A DNA stretch of 64,000 bases from an uncultured Bacilli bacterium. Its GTDB lineage: Bacteria > Bacillota_I > Bacilli_A > RF39 > UBA660. The notes under the pieces are model-generated. The model did no database searches. It saw only the letters and a list, made by a program, of their open reading frames with translations, and was not told where the DNA came from. Positions 59,160 through 64,000 of this stretch are shown here, piece by piece (the first letter of the stretch is position 1; each line of letters starts with the position of its first letter). Location of the stretch: the NCBI GenBank assembly GCA_947628435.1, contig CANQZW010000004.1, positions 2,087-66,086 on the forward strand. The letters run 5' to 3'. The position numbers were made by a program, and so were the translations under genes.

Positions 59160-60083
59160 ATGAAAAAATTTTTATTACTAACATTGCTAATAATATTAAT
59201 TCCCTTATTCATAGTTGGTTTAAATAATTCAACTAAGATAATAAATAAAATTAAATATGGTATTTATAGTAATAAAATAATTAGAATTAAAAAAAATACT
59301 GATGGGCAAATAATAAACGTACCAATAGAAGAATATGTATTAGGAGTAGTAGCAGCAGAAATGCCTGCTTCTTTTAATGCTGAGGCTTTAAAAGCACAAG
59401 CGGTGGCATCTAGAACATATGTATTAAATAAGGCACTTAAAAATAATAATGATTATGATGTTACGGATGGAACACAAAACCAAGTTTATATTGATTATGA
59501 TGGTATGAAAGATAAATGGAAAGATAATTATGAAAAAAATTTAAATAAAGTAAAAACAGCGGTGGAAAGCACAAAAGGAGAGGTTGTTTTATATAATAAT
59601 AATTTAATTGATGCAATGTTTTTTTCAACAAGTAATGGTTATACAGAAAATAGTGCAGATGTTTTTTCCTCATCAAAACCATACTTAGTAAGTGTTGAGT
59701 CTTTTTGGGATAAAACAGAATCTCCGGTCTTTAACACCACTAGCGAAATTTCTAAATCTGAATTTTTATTTAATTTAGGACTTGAAAATAAAAACGAAAT
59801 TTTAATAAGTAACGTTAAAAAAACTAATACAGGAAGAGTAATTAATTTAACTATAAATGGTAAAACTTTTGATTCAAATAAAATAAAAACAACTTTTAAT
59901 TTAAAATCAACAAGTTTTGATATAAATATACAACAAGATAAGGTTATATTTAAAGTAAGTGGATATGGACATGGTGTTGGAATGAGTCAATATGGAGCTA
60001 ACGGAATGGCTAAAGAAGGATATAAATATCAGGATATTTTAAAACATTATTATAAAAATTGTGAAATAAAAAAAATAAATTAA
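59160..60083 (+). CDS. spoIID: stage II sporulation protein D (lytic transglycosylase)
   Basis: 307 aa from MKKFLLLTLL (SD AAGGAG). Contains EEYVLGVVAAEMPASFNAEALKAQAVASRTY and GHGVGMSQYGANGMA. Confidence 0.88.
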   Translation: MKKFLLLTLLIILIPLFIVGLNNSTKIINKIKYGIYSNKIIRIKKNTDGQIINVPIEEYVLGVVAAEMPASFNAEALKAQAVASRTYVLNKALKNNNDYDVTDGTQNQVYIDYDGMKDKWKDNYEKNLNKVKTAVESTKGEVVLYNNNLIDAMFFSTSNGYTENSADVFSSSKPYLVSVESFWDKTESPVFNTTSEISKSEFLFNLGLENKNEILISNVKKTNTGRVINLTINGKTFDSNKIKTTFNLKSTSFDINIQQDKVIFKVSGYGHGVGMSQYGANGMAKEGYKYQDILKHYYKNCEIKKIN

Positions 60084-60130
60084 TGTATATTTTTTTCACT
60101 TTCGTTAAAACTTTAAATGAGGTGAAGAAA

Positions 60131-60772
60131 ATGAAAAGAATAAAATTAAAACCATTTGTAAAAATTTCAATGATTGGAGTAGTATTAATAGTGTTTTTAG
60201 TATCAGTTTTATACTTAAATAATAACAAAACTGATACGGTGTCAAAAAATGATAATGATTTTACCTATGTTAATGATTATATCTTTGATAGTTATTATCC
60301 AGTAGTAAATCAAGAAGAAAAATTTGTAAGACCATATACTTCTGAGACAGTAAGCATTTATAAAAATTTTTATGATAAAGATGCATCAGAAGAAGAACAA
60401 CAAAATTCCATTATTTATCACGAAGGAATATATATGCAAAATTCTGGTGTTGATTATAAATCAGAAGAAGGTTTTGATGTAGTTTCATCAGTATCAGGGA
60501 CAGTAACGAACGTAACAGAAGACACACTATTAGGAAAAACAGTAGAAATAAGAAATTCAAATGAGATAATAATTATGTATCAATCATTAGGTGAAGTTTT
60601 AGTAAAAAAAGGCGATAATGTAACTCAAGGACAAGTAATTGCAAAAAGTGGTACTTGTGCATTAAACAGTGATGTAAAACAAGGCTTGCATTTTGAAATG
60701 TATAAAAATGGTAGTGTAATCAATCCAGAAAAATATTATGATAAATCTGTAAAAGAATTAACAGAAAATTAA
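60131..60772 (+). CDS. spoIIQ: membrane-anchored degenerate LytM/M23 domain protein, SpoIIQ-like
   Basis: 213 aa from MKRIKLKPF (SD GAGGTGA). N-terminal TM segment. M23 fold (GDNVTQGQVIAKSG...GLHFEMYKNGSVINP). The HxH motif reads GLH and the HxxxD motif reads HEGIY, so the metal ligands are incomplete. Confidence 0.55.
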   Translation: MKRIKLKPFVKISMIGVVLIVFLVSVLYLNNNKTDTVSKNDNDFTYVNDYIFDSYYPVVNQEEKFVRPYTSETVSIYKNFYDKDASEEEQQNSIIYHEGIYMQNSGVDYKSEEGFDVVSSVSGTVTNVTEDTLLGKTVEIRNSNEIIIMYQSLGEVLVKKGDNVTQGQVIAKSGTCALNSDVKQGLHFEMYKNGSVINPEKYYDKSVKELTEN

Positions 60773-60797
60773 TTAAAAAATTAAGAGATTTAAAATA

Positions 60798-61775
60798 ATG
60801 AAAAATAAAGATATTGGAATTGATTTAGGCACGGCCAACATCCTAATATACGTAAAAGGAGAAGGAATTGTACTTTCTGAACCAAGTGTTGTTGCAATTG
60901 ATAAAGAAACAGGCAAGGTATTAGCTATTGGACAGAAAGCACATGAAATGATAGGACGTACACCAGGAAGTGTAATAGCTATAAGACCCCTAAAAGATGG
61001 AGTAATAGCAGATTTTGATAAAACAGAAATAATGTTAGATTACTTCATAAAAAAAATAAAAGGTAAAACTTTCTTTAGTAAACCAAGAATTTTAATATGT
61101 TGTCCTTCTAACATAACACAAGTTGAAAAAAATGCGATAAGAGAAGTAGCAGAAAGAACAGGTGCTAAAAAAGTATACGTAGAAGAAGAACCAAAAGTTG
61201 CAGCAGTAGGAGCCGGACTTGAAATAGGAATGCCAAGTGGTAACATGGTAATTGATATAGGTGGTGGAACAACTGATATTGCAGTTCTTTCATTAGATGG
61301 TATAGTTCATAGCGAATCAATTAAAGTAGCAGGTAATACCCTTGACGTAGATATAATAAAATATATAAAAAATAAATATAAATTATTAATAGGTGAGGTA
61401 ACAGCGGAACAAGTTAAAATGAAAATAGGAACAGTTTTAGATGAATCAAAAGAAAAACAAATGAAGGTAAGAGGAAGAGATTTGTTATCTGGCTTACCGA
61501 AAACAATTAATATATCATCAAAAGAGGTAAAAGAAGCAATAAAAGATAGTGTAGAAATGATTATTCATGCTGCTAAAACAGTTTTAGAAAAAATAGAACC
61601 TGAAATTTCTGCAGACATAATTGATAAAGGAATTGTTTTAACTGGTGGTGGGGCATTATTAGAAGGATTAGATAAATTAATAGAAAAAGAAATAAAAGTG
61701 CCTGTGAAAATAGCAAAAAGTCCACTTACTTGTGTAGCGGAAGGAACAGGTATAATATTAGATAATTTAATATAA
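60798..61775 (+). CDS. mreB: rod shape-determining actin homologue, MreB/Mbl family
   Basis: 325 aa. Contains IGIDLGTANILIY, DIGGGTTDIA and VLTGGGALL. Confidence 0.95.
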   Translation: MKNKDIGIDLGTANILIYVKGEGIVLSEPSVVAIDKETGKVLAIGQKAHEMIGRTPGSVIAIRPLKDGVIADFDKTEIMLDYFIKKIKGKTFFSKPRILICCPSNITQVEKNAIREVAERTGAKKVYVEEEPKVAAVGAGLEIGMPSGNMVIDIGGGTTDIAVLSLDGIVHSESIKVAGNTLDVDIIKYIKNKYKLLIGEVTAEQVKMKIGTVLDESKEKQMKVRGRDLLSGLPKTINISSKEVKEAIKDSVEMIIHAAKTVLEKIEPEISADIIDKGIVLTGGGALLEGLDKLIEKEIKVPVKIAKSPLTCVAEGTGIILDNLI

Positions 61776-61801
61776 AAAGAATTCTCGTGAATTCTTTTTT
61801 T
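61776..61801 (+). terminator. rho-independent terminator after mreB
   Basis: AAAGAATTC-tcgt-GAATTCTTT followed by TTTT. Confidence 0.7.
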
Positions 61802-61831
61802 ATGTTATAATTATAATTAGGTGATAACTAT

Positions 61832-62542
61832 ATGATAAATTTTATACTTTGTGATGATAATAAATATGTCACAGATTTAAATGAAACTATCATTAAAAAA
61901 GTTGCCATGCCTTATGATTTTAGTTATAAAATATATTCATTTGATAAGTATAATATTAAACTAAAAAATTTAATAAACGCACCATTAGATGTTAAAATTT
62001 ATATATTAGATTTAGAATTACCAAATAAAACAGGATTAGATATAGCAAGAGAAATAAGGAAGGTTGATTGGGATAGTATTATAATAATATTAACTTCACA
62101 TGATGAATTAGAACTTAATATGTCTAAACAAAAGTTACTAATATTTGATTTTATATCAAAATTTGATAATTATGAAGAAAGATTATCAGATAGCATAAAA
62201 ATGATTATAAATAAAATAGATAGGAAAAAAGTAATTTGTTTTAAATGTAATAAAGAAATACACCATGTAAATTTAGACAATATTTTATATATTTATAAAG
62301 ATAATTTGTCAGATAAAACAACCATAGTAACTGCAACTAATGAATATCCTATAAATGAATCTTTAATTAATATAGTAAGCAAATTAGATTCAAGATTTTA
62401 TCAAACACATAGAGCATGTTACGTTAATGTTGATAAAATTGATAGTGTTGATTTTAAAAATAGTATAATTAATTTTAATAATGGAAAAAGCATTGATTAT
62501 TTATCAAGAAATTATAAAAAAGGATTGAGGGAAGTATTATGA
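61832..62542 (+). CDS. LytTR-family response regulator (AgrA-like)
   Basis: 236 aa. Receiver domain (ILCDDN, phospho-acceptor in YILDLELP, ILTSH). C-terminal LytTR domain (FYQTHRACYVNVDKI). Confidence 0.85.
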   Translation: MINFILCDDNKYVTDLNETIIKKVAMPYDFSYKIYSFDKYNIKLKNLINAPLDVKIYILDLELPNKTGLDIAREIRKVDWDSIIIILTSHDELELNMSKQKLLIFDFISKFDNYEERLSDSIKMIINKIDRKKVICFKCNKEIHHVNLDNILYIYKDNLSDKTTIVTATNEYPINESLINIVSKLDSRFYQTHRACYVNVDKIDSVDFKNSIINFNNGKSIDYLSRNYKKGLREVL

Positions 62543-63843
62543 ATTCATTCTTTATACCACTAATAATTATTTCTCAAACATTTACAGAATATATTGTATT
62601 TTTGAAAATAATTAACAACGATAATAATATTAAAAAAAATAAAAAAATATTTATATTTGTAGTATTTTTATCTCAAATGTTTATATCGAATTATGTTTTG
62701 CCGGATTATTTAAGATATGTATTTACTATAACTATATTCACATGCACTTCCCATTTTATATTAAAAAAAAATTTAATTGAATCCTTTGTTACTAGTATTT
62801 TAACTTTAATTTTAATATCAATAGTAGAAATAATTATAACAATAATTCTTTTCGTTATTGGTATAAAACCACAGCAGATATCGGAAAATATAAACAATCA
62901 ATTTTTATTAAATATGGTTATATCCTTATTGTCTATTCTCATAATAAATTTAAAGAAAATTTTAGACATTATTTTAAATATAAAAATAATTTGTATAAAA
63001 AGAAAGGTTTTATTTAAATACATAATAATAATTTTAATTATAATATATTTGATATTGGCAAAAAATATTTTATTTGCTCGTGTGACCTTGGAAATGATAA
63101 TAAATCTTATAATATTATTTGTGTCTTTTCTTTTATTCATTTTAATATTTATATCTGATAATAAAAATAGCCAGTTAGAAGAGGCAAATAAACAAATGTT
63201 AAATTATGTAACTAAATATGAGAAAATAATAGCAGATCAGGGTAAAGCAAACCATGAATTTAGAAACCAATTAATGGTAATTCGTGGTTATGCTCAAATG
63301 AATTCTCCTAAACTTATTGAATATTTAGATTCAATAGTTGATGATACCAAAAAGACACATAGTAGTTATTTGATAAGTCAATTAAATAAATTCCCTGATG
63401 GTGGTATTAAAGGACTTTTATATTATAAATTATCTATAATGGATGATGAAAATATAAAGTATGAAATAAATGTAGATACAGGTGTTAAAACAAAGTTAAA
63501 ATCATTAGACACAATTATTTATAAAAACATAACTAAAATATTAGGTGTTTTATTAGATAATTCAATAGATGCTAGTAAGCAAAGTAAAAACAAAAGAATT
63601 ATTATATCTGTGACAAATGAAAAATCTAAAGTAATATTTAATATTTCAAATACTTATAAAGGAAAAATTGATGTGTCAAAATTAAGTACGGGTTACACTA
63701 CAAAAGGAAAAGGACATGGATATGGGTTAAGATTAGTTAAGGATATAATAGATGAAAATGAAAATTTTGAAATTCAAAGATCGGTGGATGAAAATTATTT
63801 TGTAACAAATTTTAATATATTAATAAAAAGAAAGAAAAAGTAA
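62539..63843 (+). CDS. AgrC-like GHKL sensor histidine kinase
   Basis: 434 aa with about six N-terminal TM segments. H-box ANHEFRNQLMVIRG, N-box LLDNSIDAS and G-box GKGHGYGLRLV. The start overlaps the regulator stop. Confidence 0.8.
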   Translation: MNSFFIPLIIISQTFTEYIVFLKIINNDNNIKKNKKIFIFVVFLSQMFISNYVLPDYLRYVFTITIFTCTSHFILKKNLIESFVTSILTLILISIVEIIITIILFVIGIKPQQISENINNQFLLNMVISLLSILIINLKKILDIILNIKIICIKRKVLFKYIIIILIIIYLILAKNILFARVTLEMIINLIILFVSFLLFILIFISDNKNSQLEEANKQMLNYVTKYEKIIADQGKANHEFRNQLMVIRGYAQMNSPKLIEYLDSIVDDTKKTHSSYLISQLNKFPDGGIKGLLYYKLSIMDDENIKYEINVDTGVKTKLKSLDTIIYKNITKILGVLLDNSIDASKQSKNKRIIISVTNEKSKVIFNISNTYKGKIDVSKLSTGYTTKGKGHGYGLRLVKDIIDENENFEIQRSVDENYFVTNFNILIKRKKK

Positions 63844-63859
63844 CATAGTACTTTTTCTT

Positions 63860-63985
63860 TTATCTTTCTATCATTGATTTTGGCATATTTGGTTCATCAA
63901 GCCAAACAATTAAACATCCACTCGTTGCGGTTGCAGCTACTAAAGCACCTAGAGCAGTGATAGCAGAAATAAGCATTGCTTTCAT
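63860..63985 (-). CDS. agrD: AgrD-like cyclic-lactone autoinducer prepeptide (41 aa)
   Basis: Not in the ORF track. Hand translation of the minus strand gives MKAMLISAITALGALVAATATSGCLIVWLDEPNMPKSMIER. SD AAGGAGG at 63994-64000. Hydrophobic leader, a single Cys followed by four hydrophobic residues, then a D-E-P-x-x-P-K tail. Confidence 0.7.
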   Translation of the reverse strand: MKAMLISAITALGALVAATATSGCLIVWLDEPNMPKSMIER

Positions 63986-64000
63986 CTTTTTTACCTCCTT

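Noticed and set aside
2652-60772. N-terminally over-extended ORF-track models: 2652-3086, 13162-13596, 15223-15936, 15929-16351, 17316-17606, 17645-19843, 19797-24485, 24762-25568, 28701-28991, 29008-29562, 37000-38652, 45048-45572, 45606-46775, 51193-51825, 54727-56577, 57302-58498, 58504-58962, 58922-59149, 59115-60083 and 60083-60772.
   Set aside because: For most of these, an internal ATG or GTG preceded by a Shine-Dalgarno sequence, together with alignment to the known family N-terminus, gives a better start and removes implausible gene overlaps. For a few of them (mrnC in particular, which has no clear Shine-Dalgarno) the trimmed start rests only on the family N-terminus and remains uncertain, as noted in the feature entries. 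Trimmed coordinates are used in the feature list.
4588-63140. All other ORF-track entries antisense to the called genes. Examples are 4588-4827, 7724-8071, 11626-11880, 13331-13642, 14362-14616, 14953-15282, 18165-18347, 23272-23469, 24199-24402, 24577-24921, 25199-25456, 25714-25923, 29234-29599, 31063-31269, 35321-35764, 36445-36969, 37524-37754, 38708-39010, 40445-40729, 41537-41731, 42280-42474, 43770-44081, 49244-49456, 53500-54132, 55010-55273, 56288-56539, 58137-58618, 59461-59682, 60010-60228, 61040-61246 and 62706-63140.
   Set aside because: Each lies fully inside, or mostly overlaps, a gene with clear homology on the other strand. They have biased low-complexity composition and no SD-start context. 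They are treated as shadow ORFs.
1-64000. A scan for tRNA and rRNA genes, CRISPR arrays, IS elements or transposases, integrases, phage genes, toxin-antitoxin pairs, restriction-modification or other defence modules.
   Set aside because: None was recognised. All gaps between called genes are shorter than 400 nt and are accounted for by promoters, terminators, leaders, ffs, parS or oriC. No ORF shows recombinase, nuclease or defence-type motifs by eye.

Overview
This is a visibly AT-rich, low-GC Bacillota-type chromosome, and the window is centred on the replication origin. dnaA (47983-49332, minus strand) is flanked by two DnaA-box clusters. Every credible gene left of oriC is on the minus strand. 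Every gene right of it is on the plus strand, except a small agrD-like peptide gene at the window end.

Left arm, read away from oriC: dnaA, dnaN, [HAD-like], [comK-like], recF, gyrB, gyrA, ffs, tadA, dnaX, ebfC, recR, bofA, holB, ricT, yabB, pth, mfd, spoVT, tatD, 3D-domain protein, rsmA, yabG, veg, [two-gene surface-adhesin island], spoVG, yabP, yabQ, divIC, mrnC, rlmB, sigH, secE, nusG, rplK, rplA, rplJ, rplL, ybxB, rpoB, rpoC, tilS, ftsH (truncated by the window edge).

Right arm: rpmH, rnpA, yidC, jag, [HExxH membrane protein], mnmE, mnmG, rsmG, [acidic low-complexity protein], rpiB, DUF1146-like, spoIID, spoIIQ-like, mreB/mbl, then an agr-type quorum-sensing locus (LytTR regulator, AgrC-like kinase, convergent 41-aa AgrD-like prepeptide).

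The window is mostly core housekeeping. I see no CRISPR array, IS or transposase, prophage, tRNA or rRNA gene, and no recognisable defence system.

The strongest signal not explained by the ORF track is a centromere-like array of five identical perfect parS palindromes (TGTTTCACGTGAAACA) within 1.85 kb. Two lie inside dnaX and three bracket tadA and the SRP RNA gene. The usual noc-parA-parB genes downstream of rsmG are absent from the window.

Other accessory insertions in otherwise conserved synteny:
- a thioester-domain adhesin with a 1552-aa dockerin-bearing surface protein
- comK plus a degenerate HAD protein inside the dnaN-recF block
- a membrane-anchored HExxH protein between jag and mnmE

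Two real small genes missing from the ORF track were found by hand: rpmH and the agrD-like gene. All calls rest on reading translations and motifs by eye; no searches were run.
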